From a virus, in IMG/VR virus record IMGVR_UViG_3300033153_007754, positions 1 to 64,000 of that record: DNA of 64,000 nt; one strand, given 5' to 3'. This document shows, in pieces, positions 38,271-48,006 of this stretch. The notes below the pieces were generated by a model. It had not been told where the DNA came from, made no database searches, and saw nothing but the letters and a program-made list of their open reading frames with translations. The position numbers and the translations under genes are program-made. Position 1 is the stretch's first letter; each line of letters begins with the position of its first letter.

Positions 38271-40676
38271 CTATTTGAAGGTTCTGTTAATTATATATTT
38301 AATATCAATATCTAATCCAGTATCATTATTAATGTTTAATATCAAGTTGTTCCCACTAACAGATGTTGTAAATATTATACCACCAGAACCGGATAATTGA
38401 GGTGTTAAATTTGAATCAGTTTCAACGGTTGTTAAATCAGTGTTATTTTGAAGTGATATCGTTGTATCATCAATGTTTATAATAATAAAATCACACACAC
38501 ATGCTTCAGTATTTCCAGTGTTTTCAGCGTTTAACCTAATAAATATACTTCTATTGTCCAAATTACCAATGACAACATCTGAATTATTACCATTTGTAAT
38601 AGATAAAATTTCTTCAGGTGAATTTTCTGGGTAAACATTTGGAACGATAAATGATATATGTCTTGGTAAGCTAGTGTATTTTGAATTTATACCACTTATT
38701 TTCGGCATTGGTATATTATGACTAACATTCCCATCCCCAGCATCATAATCAAAATCCCATGTTGCACTACCATCTGGTGTTACCCATTCTTTTGTTGGTA
38801 ATGTGCCATTTAGGTTAATTAAATCTGCTTTTATATGCATATTTGATGTTCCATATTTATGCCAAATAAAATAAGGTGTATTAACTAATATCATATCAGT
38901 TGCACCTTTAAATTCAATAGAGCATTGACCTCTTGTTTCGATAACACACCCACAATTTTCAACATGAAAATGTCTATTTACTTCAAACAGATTTTCAAGA
39001 TTATCAAAGTAACCGGCAGCTAGAACACTTTGGAAATATTGGAATGAATTTTGGTACCCAAACGTCATTTCATTCCTAACATCAAAAAATGAACCATCAA
39101 ACCATATCGGAATATTTTCTCCTAAATTCCTTGGCATTAACATGTGAAATGCATTACCATCTATAAATATATTCCTAACAAATTCATTTGCGTTGTATAT
39201 CCTACCTCTTAGTTCAAGATAATTGTTAGTTAAATCTATCCTACCATTTATTGTTATTGATTGGGTATCATCTGCATTAAGAATATAATTATTTGAAATT
39301 GAAATTTTACCTAAATCATCATTTGATTGAAGTAATAACGTGTCATTACCACTATCCAAATTCATGTAGTTAAAATATATTGATGTTTTAAATAAATCGC
39401 TTGAATTTGGTGCTTGAAACTCTAATTTATTGCCATCTGGTAATGTTAAAATAGTAGTTAATTCAACTATTTGGTTTGGTGTATATGCACCACCAACCGC
39501 ACCGTAACCAGATTTTAGTACGGTTGCGTTATTCCCAAAAATAGGTTTTAAAGTAGGAAATGAAGATGCATCATCAGATGTGGATAAAAAACGACCTTTA
39601 TGTTCATCATCAGTCCAAGTTTTTGTTGCATCTGTTTTATACCAGTTTGTAGTGTTTGTTAAACTAGTCGTTTCGATTTGGTTTAAACTACCAGCAATCC
39701 AAAAATATTGGGTGAAAGTGGTGTCAATTGTGAATCTACTAAAATCAAAATCATCCTTGCCAATGGTATGGTTGCCAGCTACATATATAAAATTAATATC
39801 AGTTTTAATTATAGGTTTTAAACTATTTTTAGCTGGATTTATTGTAAGATATGGGTTACCAATACTACCATCCCCAGTACTATCATTTCCAGTTGGTGAA
39901 ATATAAAATGTTTTACTTGATGTTTCAGTCATATTTTCAAACTCGGTTGAATCATTAGTACTGAAATCAAAAAATATAACCCCATTAGCGCTTAAACTAG
40001 CAACACGACCAATAGAAAGATTTCCTGAAGATAAAGTTAAATCACCATTATCGTCAACATACACTTTATCACCAATATTGGCACTAGCTGTATTAAAACC
40101 ATTTACCTGTAAAAGCCCATATGTTACAATTTTAGATGTTGTATCCGTTAAAACATCTGTTGCTAATATACCAATCGGTTTATCATTTGCAATGTTTTCC
40201 AAATAAACAATATTAGGTATTTCGGTATTATATATAGTATCGGTTTTAACAATTTTGTATTGGTTTAATGTACCCACTGTTGAATTTCTAACCACACTTT
40301 TCATTTGTGTTGTTTCAAGAATGTTTGAAAATTCAATCGCATTTTCAGCACTATTAACCTTTAGTAGCTTTCCGGACATATTTGACATATTTGCTGGTGT
40401 ATCTATTAAATCAACAAAAGTAGTACTACCGCCTGGTAAATCTAAACCACCTGAAAAATAAGCATATATTTCTTCTATTAAATCTAAATAATAAATTAAT
40501 TCTACATCATAATCAGAACCATCATAAAAATTAGGATATTCATCAAGTTTATTGCTTATTTTACCAATATGATAACTAACTTTTTCTAAAGTTCTTAATT
40601 TAACATGTATATTTGCTTCTGCGTCTAAAGTTGCTTTAAATATGTTAAACCGTGTTGTTACGCTTGCTTTACTCAT
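38271..40676 (-). CDS. virion fibre/spike-like structural protein
   Basis: TTFVDLIDTP, YISPTGNDSTGDGS..NPY.TI beta-helix lead-in. Confidence 0.6.
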   Translation of the reverse strand: MSKASVTTRFNIFKATLDAEANIHVKLRTLEKVSYHIGKISNKLDEYPNFYDGSDYDVELIYYLDLIEEIYAYFSGGLDLPGGSTTFVDLIDTPANMSNMSGKLLKVNSAENAIEFSNILETTQMKSVVRNSTVGTLNQYKIVKTDTIYNTEIPNIVYLENIANDKPIGILATDVLTDTTSKIVTYGLLQVNGFNTASANIGDKVYVDDNGDLTLSSGNLSIGRVASLSANGVIFFDFSTNDSTEFENMTETSSKTFYISPTGNDSTGDGSIGNPYLTINPAKNSLKPIIKTDINFIYVAGNHTIGKDDFDFSRFTIDTTFTQYFWIAGSLNQIETTSLTNTTNWYKTDATKTWTDDEHKGRFLSTSDDASSFPTLKPIFGNNATVLKSGYGAVGGAYTPNQIVELTTILTLPDGNKLEFQAPNSSDLFKTSIYFNYMNLDSGNDTLLLQSNDDLGKISISNNYILNADDTQSITINGRIDLTNNYLELRGRIYNANEFVRNIFIDGNAFHMLMPRNLGENIPIWFDGSFFDVRNEMTFGYQNSFQYFQSVLAAGYFDNLENLFEVNRHFHVENCGCVIETRGQCSIEFKGATDMILVNTPYFIWHKYGTSNMHIKADLINLNGTLPTKEWVTPDGSATWDFDYDAGDGNVSHNIPMPKISGINSKYTSLPRHISFIVPNVYPENSPEEILSITNGNNSDVVIGNLDNRSIFIRLNAENTGNTEACVCDFIIINIDDTTISLQNNTDLTTVETDSNLTPQLSGSGGIIFTTSVSGNNLILNINNDTGLDIDIKYIINRTFK

Positions 40677-40688
40677 GTTTTTTAACTC

Positions 40689-40946
40689 CTATTTCCAGTA
40701 TTCCAAATGGTTTATTGTAAGACCTGTAAAAGTTGTTAAAATGCTTTCACAATAATCTAAATATGTAGAATATTTTACATCTAAATCACTACCAGTTTTA
40801 TAATTTTCTTCTTCAGCTTTTATGATATTAATATATTCACTTGTTTTTTCTACAACACGCACATATTTAATTTTACTTGTCGCCTTTAATGTACCCAAGT
40901 CCGTCAAAAAAGTGTTTAATCTTGTATTTATACTTGTTTTACTCAT
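40689..40946 (-). CDS. small protein paralogous to the N-terminus of the downstream fibre gene
   Basis: MSKTSINTRLN..EKTS..GSDLDV..YLD vs MSKASVTTRFN..EKVS..GSDYDV..YLD. Confidence 0.7.
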   Translation of the reverse strand: MSKTSINTRLNTFLTDLGTLKATSKIKYVRVVEKTSEYINIIKAEEENYKTGSDLDVKYSTYLDYCESILTTFTGLTINHLEYWK

Positions 40947-40961
40947 ATTCACCCCAGAGTT

Positions 40962-40977
40962 TATAAATATATTTATA
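40962..40977. promoter_or_regulatory. back-to-back T4-type late promoters (palindrome TATAAATATATTTATA)
   Basis: TATAAATA on both strands between divergent structural genes. Confidence 0.7.
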
Positions 40978-40993
40978 TTATTTTTTAAAAGAG

Positions 40994-41692
40994 GTGAGAA
41001 TGAATCATAGTTTAATAATGGATGTAACAGACGACATAAAAATGAAACCATTGTATGAAAACACTAAAAATAAAATAACGGAACAAACAGAAAAAAGGTT
41101 ATACATTGAAGGTGTTATGTTGAAGCAAAATCTAATCAACGGAAACCATCGAATATATCCTGACACTGTTTTAGAACCAGCCGTTCAAACTTATCAAAAA
41201 CTAATAAAAGATGATAGGGCTACAGGTGAAATTATGCACCCAGATTATTTATCCTTGGACTTAAAAAATGCTGCTATCAAAATAGTTGAATTACGAAAAG
41301 AATCTCCAGGTTCAAATTTTTATTTTGGAAAAGCTTTGGTTTTAGAATCAAAACAAGGTTTATTATTAAAATCTTTACTGAAAGATGTTAACATGGGTGT
41401 TTCAAGTCGAGGTGAAGGCTCTGTAACTGAATCCAGTAACGCTTATATGGTTGATGAATATGTTTTAAGAGCTATAGACGTAGTATCCGACCCAAGTGTT
41501 GTTGAAGCAATGATGACAAGCATAAATGAGAGCTTATATAGTAAGTGTGGAATACTATCTTTACATGAAGAAAAGAAATTGCAGTTACAACAAAATGAAA
41601 TTATTAAAAGTACATTTGATGTTCAGCTTAGAGAGAGTGAATTTATAGAACTAATCAATAAAGTAATCGAATTCACAAAAAAACATTCTTAA
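40994..41692 (+). CDS. prohead core protease (T4 gp21-like)
   Basis: LYIEG, N.N.RIYP, GEIMHP, GVSSRG.GS, IDVVSDPS. Confidence 0.9.
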   Translation: MRMNHSLIMDVTDDIKMKPLYENTKNKITEQTEKRLYIEGVMLKQNLINGNHRIYPDTVLEPAVQTYQKLIKDDRATGEIMHPDYLSLDLKNAAIKIVELRKESPGSNFYFGKALVLESKQGLLLKSLLKDVNMGVSSRGEGSVTESSNAYMVDEYVLRAIDVVSDPSVVEAMMTSINESLYSKCGILSLHEEKKLQLQQNEIIKSTFDVQLRESEFIELINKVIEFTKKHS

Positions 41693-41745
41693 TATTCCTT
41701 AAATATCAATTTCATGTTACACTTTATTTTTTAATAGAGGTTAAC

Positions 41746-41943
41746 ATGAGAGAAAGTAAAAGTAGAACAAAAAAGAAGTCACAAAAAAACTTAAAATTGT
41801 ATGCTGGGTTTAAAAAAGCAAGAGACAAAAAAATACTTGATAAAAAGATTAAAAAATATGTATTAGCATTAGCAAGAAATAAAAAGATACAAAATAGCAT
41901 TAAGGTTAAAAATGAAGAATCAAAACAAGAAAATACGAAATAA
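41746..41943 (+). CDS. small basic hypothetical protein
   Basis: Lys-rich ORF with GAGG. Confidence 0.5.
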   Translation: MRESKSRTKKKSQKNLKLYAGFKKARDKKILDKKIKKYVLALARNKKIQNSIKVKNEESKQENTK

Positions 41944-42208
41944 AAATAATGGTATTATGGATGCTATTAAAGCATCACTTGAAGGTGTACAAGGTATTGA
42001 TAGTGTTAATGGTATAATTGATGCTGAAAAAGAAGATGACGATAATTTTATGTCTATCATTGATTTTCTTGAAATTAAAAGGGGATATACACATGCTGAA
42101 GAAATGATTGAGGTTCGTTGTATAAAAATGAATGGTAAAATTTTAACAGAAGAAGATATGGAATTTTTGATTGACATTAGAGATAAAAATGAAGTGGAGG
42201 TTTATTAA
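41912..42208 (+). CDS. hypothetical protein
   Basis: ORF in operon. Confidence 0.55.
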   Translation: MKNQNKKIRNKNNGIMDAIKASLEGVQGIDSVNGIIDAEKEDDDNFMSIIDFLEIKRGYTHAEEMIEVRCIKMNGKILTEEDMEFLIDIRDKNEVEVY

Positions 42209-42212
42209 TAAT

Positions 42213-43007
42213 ATGGATAAATATTGTACCAAAGACAATATAAATGTATTTAATGGTGAAGCGTTAAATGTTATGGATTATTTGATAGAAGAAGGTGTTA
42301 AAGTTGATGCAATAATAACAGACCCTCCGTATGGAGCAACTGCTGCTCATTGGGATAAAGTATTACCATTTAATAAATTATGGGTTCGCTTAAATAAATT
42401 AATTAAAAAAAATGGTGCAATAATTTTATTTGGTATTGAACCTTTTAGTAGTTATTTAAGAATGAGTAATATAAAAAATTATAAATATGATTGGATATGG
42501 CAAAAAGGTCGAGCAACAGGTTTTTTAAATGCTAATAAACAACCATTAAGAAGTTTTGAATTGATTAGTGTGTTTTATGGTAGTCAATCAATCTATAATC
42601 CTCAAATGCGAACTGGTTTTAAAGCATATAAAACAACATCAAAAAATTCAACATCTTTATATGGTGATTATAAACCCCATTCAACACAATCTAAAAATGG
42701 TGAAAGATTTCCATTAAATATTATTAAGTTTAAATATGATAAAGAAAGATATCACCCAACACAAAAACCGGTTAAGTTGATGGAATATTTAATTAAAACA
42801 TATACAAATAAAGGCGAAATAATATTAGACTTTACCGCTGGAAGTTTTTCTACTGGTGTAGCTGCTGTTAATATTGAAAGAAAATTTATAGGTATTGAAA
42901 TAGATAAAGAATATTTTGATATAGGTGTAAAAAGAATGAGTGAAGCCAGTAAAACATTAATTAAAGTAAATAAAGTAAGAAGTAATAATATCAGCAGTTT
43001 TTTATAA
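42213..43007 (+). CDS. DNA N4/N6 methyltransferase (beta class)
   Basis: TDPPY, HPTQKP, LDFTAGSFSTG. Confidence 0.9.
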   Translation: MDKYCTKDNINVFNGEALNVMDYLIEEGVKVDAIITDPPYGATAAHWDKVLPFNKLWVRLNKLIKKNGAIILFGIEPFSSYLRMSNIKNYKYDWIWQKGRATGFLNANKQPLRSFELISVFYGSQSIYNPQMRTGFKAYKTTSKNSTSLYGDYKPHSTQSKNGERFPLNIIKFKYDKERYHPTQKPVKLMEYLIKTYTNKGEIILDFTAGSFSTGVAAVNIERKFIGIEIDKEYFDIGVKRMSEASKTLIKVNKVRSNNISSFL

Positions 43008-43025
43008 AAAAAACATAGGAGGTTT

Positions 43026-43502
43026 ATGTTTATCATAACACAATTTTACCCACTATTTTTAATAGCTATTGCATTAGTTGTTTTAGGGATTGTTTTAATA
43101 AAAATATTAAGAAATCAAAATATTATTAAAATGAAATTAGAAAATAATATTTTAATAGGTAACAAAAGTGTTTCGCTAAAAAATGTGGGAAATGAGAATA
43201 AAAGAAGTTATTCAGATGTAAATTTTAATTCAAAATCTAAAATGAGTGACGAAATAAGTGCTATTATAGATGAGAGTTTAGATGCTGCTTTTGATAAAGT
43301 TTTTGAGTCAAAAGAACCTTACAGCTATAACACTGATGATTTAAGCGAGCTTTTAAAAAAAGCCAACGTTGATTTAAAAACAAATTTCACAAAGGAAGAA
43401 ATAAATGATGCTTGGAAAAAAGCCGTTGTAAAAAGTGATGATGATATTGATGATAAAATAGCTAAAATGCAAGCAAAATTATCAAAAAAAGGGATTGAAT
43501 AA
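43026..43502 (+). CDS. membrane-anchored hypothetical protein
   Basis: N-terminal TM helix; SD AGGAGG. Confidence 0.65.
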   Translation: MFIITQFYPLFLIAIALVVLGIVLIKILRNQNIIKMKLENNILIGNKSVSLKNVGNENKRSYSDVNFNSKSKMSDEISAIIDESLDAAFDKVFESKEPYSYNTDDLSELLKKANVDLKTNFTKEEINDAWKKAVVKSDDDIDDKIAKMQAKLSKKGIE

Positions 43503-43737
43503 TATGAAAAAAAGAGTTGCAAAAAAAATAATAAAAAGAGAAATTGAGATATTAAATAATACTGAAAATAAAAAAGAATCTGATATTGTATATATTAATA
43601 ATCTTGCATCACAAAAGAATTTTTTAATTATTAATAATTGGAATGTTATTAAAACAAAAACATTTAGGGATGAAACTTTATATAATATTAGGTATACTAT
43701 TCTTGAAAAAATTGGAAGTGAAACTTTACATGTGTGA
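43495..43737 (+). CDS. hypothetical protein
   Basis: ORF in operon. Confidence 0.5.
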   Translation: MNNMKKRVAKKIIKREIEILNNTENKKESDIVYINNLASQKNFLIINNWNVIKTKTFRDETLYNIRYTILEKIGSETLHV

Positions 43738-43741
43738 TGAC

Positions 43742-44059
43742 TTATCTTAATTTATAATATGTTTTGGGGAATAACCCCGACATATCTACATGAGGTGAAT
43801 ACCCACCACGGTGTAGTGAATACCCTGACGGAATATTTTCATTTCCACTTCTTTCAAAAATGAAATTAATAACATCTTTGAAATAAATCTCTGATTTAAC
43901 CAATTCAGTATCTTTATCAATTTTTTTTATGTCTTTATTTTTGACATTTTTATATTTCCCATTAACAATTTTTATTAATGTTCTGGTTCCCCTATTCTCT
44001 ATGAAAATAGCAAGTTTATTTTTGTATGATATTTTATCATTTTTTTTGAATTTTGACAT
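43742..44059 (-). CDS. hypothetical protein (SH3/KOW-like N-terminus)
   Basis: KFKKNDKI.Y N-terminus; GGGG SD. Confidence 0.5.
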   Translation of the reverse strand: MSKFKKNDKISYKNKLAIFIENRGTRTLIKIVNGKYKNVKNKDIKKIDKDTELVKSEIYFKDVINFIFERSGNENIPSGYSLHRGGYSPHVDMSGLFPKTYYKLR

Positions 44060-44101
44060 TTTAACCCCCCTTGGGTAAATTAAGATAAGTATAATTGTAT
44101 T

Positions 44102-44956
44102 TCATGTTCTTTTAAGTGTTTCACCACATTGTATCTTTTCAGCTATTTCAGTAAGTCTTTTAGCAGATTTCATTGACCACCTATTTTCTATTAAAAATGT
44201 TTTAATTAAATTAGTGTTTAAATAAAATTCTTTATTTTTTAATTCCTTTAAAACATCCACTGCTTTGTTATAATCCAATGGGTGTGATAATGGTGCTGAA
44301 AGATTTATAGTACGACTTAATCTTAATAATTCTTTTTTTATATCATTACTTAATACCCCATATTTTTCAATAATTCCAGGTAAATTATTAAGAAATAAAC
44401 CAATAGCTTTACCCCTATGCGATACTAACGATTTTTCTTCATTTGTTAATTGTGCTGCTGATTTCTGTAATTCAACATCAAAAAATATTGAGTCATAACC
44501 AAAGCCATTTCCGCCAATTGCACTTTTTAAAATTTCTCCATTCCATTCACCATTAAAATCACATAAAAATCCATCTTTCCCATATAACACAAGGCATGTT
44601 TTAAAACGAGCGGTTCTTTGATTTGCATTTGTGGCATCTTCCATATTCTTCAATAAAAAATCAATCCTGTCTTTATCTGATTTCCCAGTTCCCCCATATC
44701 TTGCAGAATAAACACCAGGTTCACCATTTAAGAAATCAACTTCTAAACCAGAATCATCAGCCAATGTTAATAAAGAGGTAGTTTCAAAACCAGCCTTTGC
44801 CTTTATTAATGCATTTTCATAAATAGTTACACCAGTTTCTTCTATGTCATCAAGATTTGTATCATATAGCGTTTTTATTTTAATACCAAAAGGTTTAAGC
44901 ATTCTTTCAAATTCACGTATTTTTCCTTTATTTTTTGTTGCAATAAATAATTCCAT
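44102..44956 (-). CDS. rdgB: non-canonical purine NTP pyrophosphatase (RdgB/HAM1) with extra C-terminal domain
   Basis: ATKNKGK, ENALIKA, ADDSGL, PGVYSARY, GFGYD, SHRGKA. Confidence 0.9.
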   Translation of the reverse strand: MELFIATKNKGKIREFERMLKPFGIKIKTLYDTNLDDIEETGVTIYENALIKAKAGFETTSLLTLADDSGLEVDFLNGEPGVYSARYGGTGKSDKDRIDFLLKNMEDATNANQRTARFKTCLVLYGKDGFLCDFNGEWNGEILKSAIGGNGFGYDSIFFDVELQKSAAQLTNEEKSLVSHRGKAIGLFLNNLPGIIEKYGVLSNDIKKELLRLSRTINLSAPLSHPLDYNKAVDVLKELKNKEFYLNTNLIKTFLIENRWSMKSAKRLTEIAEKIQCGETLKRT

Positions 44957-44973
44957 TTTATTTCCCTCTATTA

Positions 44974-45348
44974 TTAATATGCGTTAGTATTTAATTTTTT
45001 AAGAATTTCACTATTAATGGTTTCCTTTTGTTTTTTATTTATTTTTTCCGTCCAATACTCTTCCCCAAAACAAAAAGACCAGTCAAAATCATATTCATCA
45101 TCATCATTTTCTAGTGATTTTAAAATAACTTCTGCTACATTAGAAGTTATTTCCACCTCAACAGCACTACCTCTATAATCTTGAAAATTAGCAGGTCCAC
45201 CAATATATGATTCCTCCATGTAATATTTCCCATCATTAAGCACAATGGTTCTATATATAGAACCATTTAAGGCCATGTGTGAAAATGTTATTTTCTTGCA
45301 ATTATCTTTTATTGCAAATAATTCTTTAATCTTCATTTTACCCTCCAT
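44974..45348 (-). CDS. hypothetical protein
   Basis: ORF; probable start at second Met after GGAGG. Confidence 0.55.
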   Translation of the reverse strand: MEGKMKIKELFAIKDNCKKITFSHMALNGSIYRTIVLNDGKYYMEESYIGGPANFQDYRGSAVEVEITSNVAEVILKSLENDDDEYDFDWSFCFGEEYWTEKINKKQKETINSEILKKLNTNAY

Positions 45349-45364
45349 TTATTTTTTTTTAGAA

Positions 45365-45384
45365 AAGCCCCATTTAAGGGGCTT
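45365..45384 (-). terminator. intrinsic terminator
   Basis: Reverse complement AAGCCCC-TTAAAT-GGGGCTT followed by TT. Confidence 0.65.
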
Positions 45385-45393
45385 GAATTTGAT

Positions 45394-45915
45394 TTAGTAA
45401 TTAATAACAGTTTTTAGTAAACCATGTTTTTTCATATTTAATAATTTTGAGTAGTGTGATTTTAAATCAGTTTTTTTAGTATCAATATACAATTTTTTCT
45501 CATTATCCCATACACAAAGAGTTGTATTTGTATAAAAACCTAAGTTTTCATGTTGTTTTTTTGTAAGAACTGATTCAATCTTCAACCCTATTTTTGCCAT
45601 TTCTACAATTTCTTTCATGTTTTCATGTTCTAAGTCCATTTTGTCACTTTCATAGTACTTTTTGATTTGATTCTTTGTTTCAACCAATGTTATTTCCATT
45701 TCATATTGATAATGGTTGCTCCACTGATTTTCAATTTTATAATTTTTAATCCCATCTGTTACTATTTCATCACCTTTGTAATTAAAACCAACTGTTTTAA
45801 AGCCTGTTAGGTGTAAAGCCATAACAGCATTATTTGATGTGTCACCATTAAAGTAACCTTTTACAGTAATGGTGATTTCTTTCTTTTCTTGTGTGATTGT
45901 TAATGTAGTACTCAT
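45394..45915 (-). CDS. hypothetical early protein
   Basis: Own TTGACA/TATATT promoter (46015-45987), SD GGGAGG. Confidence 0.7.
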   Translation of the reverse strand: MSTTLTITQEKKEITITVKGYFNGDTSNNAVMALHLTGFKTVGFNYKGDEIVTDGIKNYKIENQWSNHYQYEMEITLVETKNQIKKYYESDKMDLEHENMKEIVEMAKIGLKIESVLTKKQHENLGFYTNTTLCVWDNEKKLYIDTKKTDLKSHYSKLLNMKKHGLLKTVINY

Positions 45916-46128
45916 AAGACCTCCCAGTCATATACCCTTAAGTGAAAGCTGGCAGCGGTCAGGGTATCCCGTGCTTGCTATGTTTTAATATACATTACTT
46001 TTCTTGATTTGTCAAGACTTATTTTAAAAAATATCCACTTTTCACAATTATTTCACATTTGGGGGTAATATTTATATAATTAAATTATATAAATATTATT
46101 ATATATATTTTTTAATTGGAGTGATAAA

Positions 46129-46248
46129 ATGAATGAGAAAAAAAGTAAATGTAATAAATGTGGTAAAACAATGTTTTTAAACGAAAACAAAACTGTTTAT
46201 GAATGTGGGTGTGGAAACAAAGAAAATGTTAAAATACTTTTAGGTTAA
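46129..46248 (+). CDS. 39-aa zinc-finger peptide (not in ORF track)
   Basis: MNEKKSKCNKCGKTMFLNENKTVYECGCGNKENVKILLG; SD GGAG; TATAAATA at 46088. Confidence 0.6.
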   Translation: MNEKKSKCNKCGKTMFLNENKTVYECGCGNKENVKILLG

Positions 46249-46262
46249 ACTTCAGAGTCATA

Positions 46263-47882
46263 CTAAACTTGTAAGAACCTGGAAGGTTCCCAAGTCTTCC
46301 TTATTATATGACCCTCTTTTCCACTTTCAAAAAAATCTGTTATAATTTTCTTTACTGCAGAATGTTTTAAATTCTTTTTACAATTCCATTCATATCCATT
46401 AAATTCAAGAAGTTTTTTATTTAGAACATCTAAAGTTATTCTTTCTTTAATATTAATGGATGAATTATAATCAGCATTTAAAGTTTTATTACATTTTGTA
46501 CATTTGAAAACTTCTTGCTCTTTTCTATTATTAGAATCTATATTTCCACAAGAATTACATCCCTGAGATGTATATTCCGGATGAATATAAGAAACATTTA
46601 CATTATGTTTGTGAGCTATTTTTCTTATTTTTGTTTTTAAAGAACTTAAATTTAGTAATCTTATCAGTCTGCCATTATTAATATTAAATTCTTTATTATT
46701 ACTTCTTAATTTTGATATTAAATCTAAATCTTCAAGAACTAAATGATTAAAGCCTTTGGACTTAGCTTTTTTGATTAATTCTACTGATTTTTCAATAATC
46801 ATATTTTGAATAACAAGTAACCATCTATCATATTTCTTTCTTCGTTTTACTGACAATGCCTTAGATTTTCTATTATCTATTTTTTTTAAGAATTCAGTAT
46901 ATCTACTCATCAAGTCTCTATCATAATCTATTGTGAAACCACCTGATGTAGAAAATAAATTATGTTTAATATTAACATCTATTCCTAGAAAATTAAAATT
47001 ATTAGTAGGAATTTCTTCAATTCCTTTCTTTGAAAGGATAATTCTTTCTATTTTTTTACCATTAAAATGAATAGTATAAATTTTAGAAAATTCTTTTTTA
47101 TTTCCATGATATTTATTAGATATTTTTACTGGAACATGTAAACCTTTTTTATAATTATCATATCCACCAACAGATATAAATCCATTTACTTTAGATTTAT
47201 TATTTTTATTATCATTGATAATATTTATTTTTATCCTACTTTGAGATTTAAAAGATAATGATTTGAAATTGTGTACTATTATTGTTTTCAATAATCTATT
47301 TCTTTTAGATAAAGCTAGTTTTAATAATCTATTTAAGCTAAACTTATTAATAGTATCAAGTACTTGAATGTAAAATATTTTTATACTTTCATTCTTGAAA
47401 TCATCTTCTTTTATTTTATTATTTAAATATCTTTCTATCTCTTCATATCCATATTTAGATAGAAAAGACAAGGTTTTTGTTAATCTTGTTGTTTTATATT
47501 TCAGTTCAAAAGATTTTAAATCATTTTTCTTATGAAATGAAGTATTTTTTTTATAATATTTAATATTTATTGACTTTTGTATTTTAAAGCTTAAGTTAGT
47601 TTTTACGCTTTTAAAACTATTTTGATAAGTTGTCATAACTTCAGTAACTGCCCACTCTTTGTCTTTTCCTGTAAGATTATTGATTTTTCCTTTTGTGTAT
47701 TTTTTAATAAAATCGAATTTACTCATATTACTATGTATAATAATATCTTCTTGAATTAATTTAGAAATTTTATTTTTAAACAAGTTTATATCTTTTGCTT
47801 TTTGATAAATCTCTTGATATTTTTTATCATTTAGATTATCAATATATAAAAATTTAGATAATACCTGTTTATTTTTAATCAT
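46263..47882 (-). CDS. tnpB: TnpB RNA-guided endonuclease
   Basis: LGIDVN (RuvC-I), LVLEDL (RuvC-II), YTSQGCNSCG..FKCTKC..NADYNSSINI (Zn finger + RuvC-III). Confidence 0.9.
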   Translation of the reverse strand: MIKNKQVLSKFLYIDNLNDKKYQEIYQKAKDINLFKNKISKLIQEDIIIHSNMSKFDFIKKYTKGKINNLTGKDKEWAVTEVMTTYQNSFKSVKTNLSFKIQKSINIKYYKKNTSFHKKNDLKSFELKYKTTRLTKTLSFLSKYGYEEIERYLNNKIKEDDFKNESIKIFYIQVLDTINKFSLNRLLKLALSKRNRLLKTIIVHNFKSLSFKSQSRIKINIINDNKNNKSKVNGFISVGGYDNYKKGLHVPVKISNKYHGNKKEFSKIYTIHFNGKKIERIILSKKGIEEIPTNNFNFLGIDVNIKHNLFSTSGGFTIDYDRDLMSRYTEFLKKIDNRKSKALSVKRRKKYDRWLLVIQNMIIEKSVELIKKAKSKGFNHLVLEDLDLISKLRSNNKEFNINNGRLIRLLNLSSLKTKIRKIAHKHNVNVSYIHPEYTSQGCNSCGNIDSNNRKEQEVFKCTKCNKTLNADYNSSINIKERITLDVLNKKLLEFNGYEWNCKKNLKHSAVKKIITDFFESGKEGHIIRKTWEPSRFLQV

Positions 47883-48006
47883 TTTTCGGATAACACCTTA
47901 ATTAATTCTTCTGTTTTTCGATTTTTCCTTCTCTCTTCCAAACCCAAAGAGTTTGCTTAGTTATTCCTAAGTCTTTAGCTAATTTTGATATTCTTATTTG
48001 CTGCAT
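47879..48006 (-). pseudogene. tnpA: internally deleted IS607 serine transposase (tnpA)
   Basis: MQQIRISKLAKDLGITKQTLWVWKREGKI (MerR-like HTH) then, in another frame, RKNRKTEELIKVLSEK* overlapping the tnpB ATG. Confidence 0.75.

Noticed and set aside
46263-47882. Cas12f/Cas14 effector
   Set aside because: No CRISPR array or cas1/cas2 nearby, and a tnpA remnant is coupled to its start
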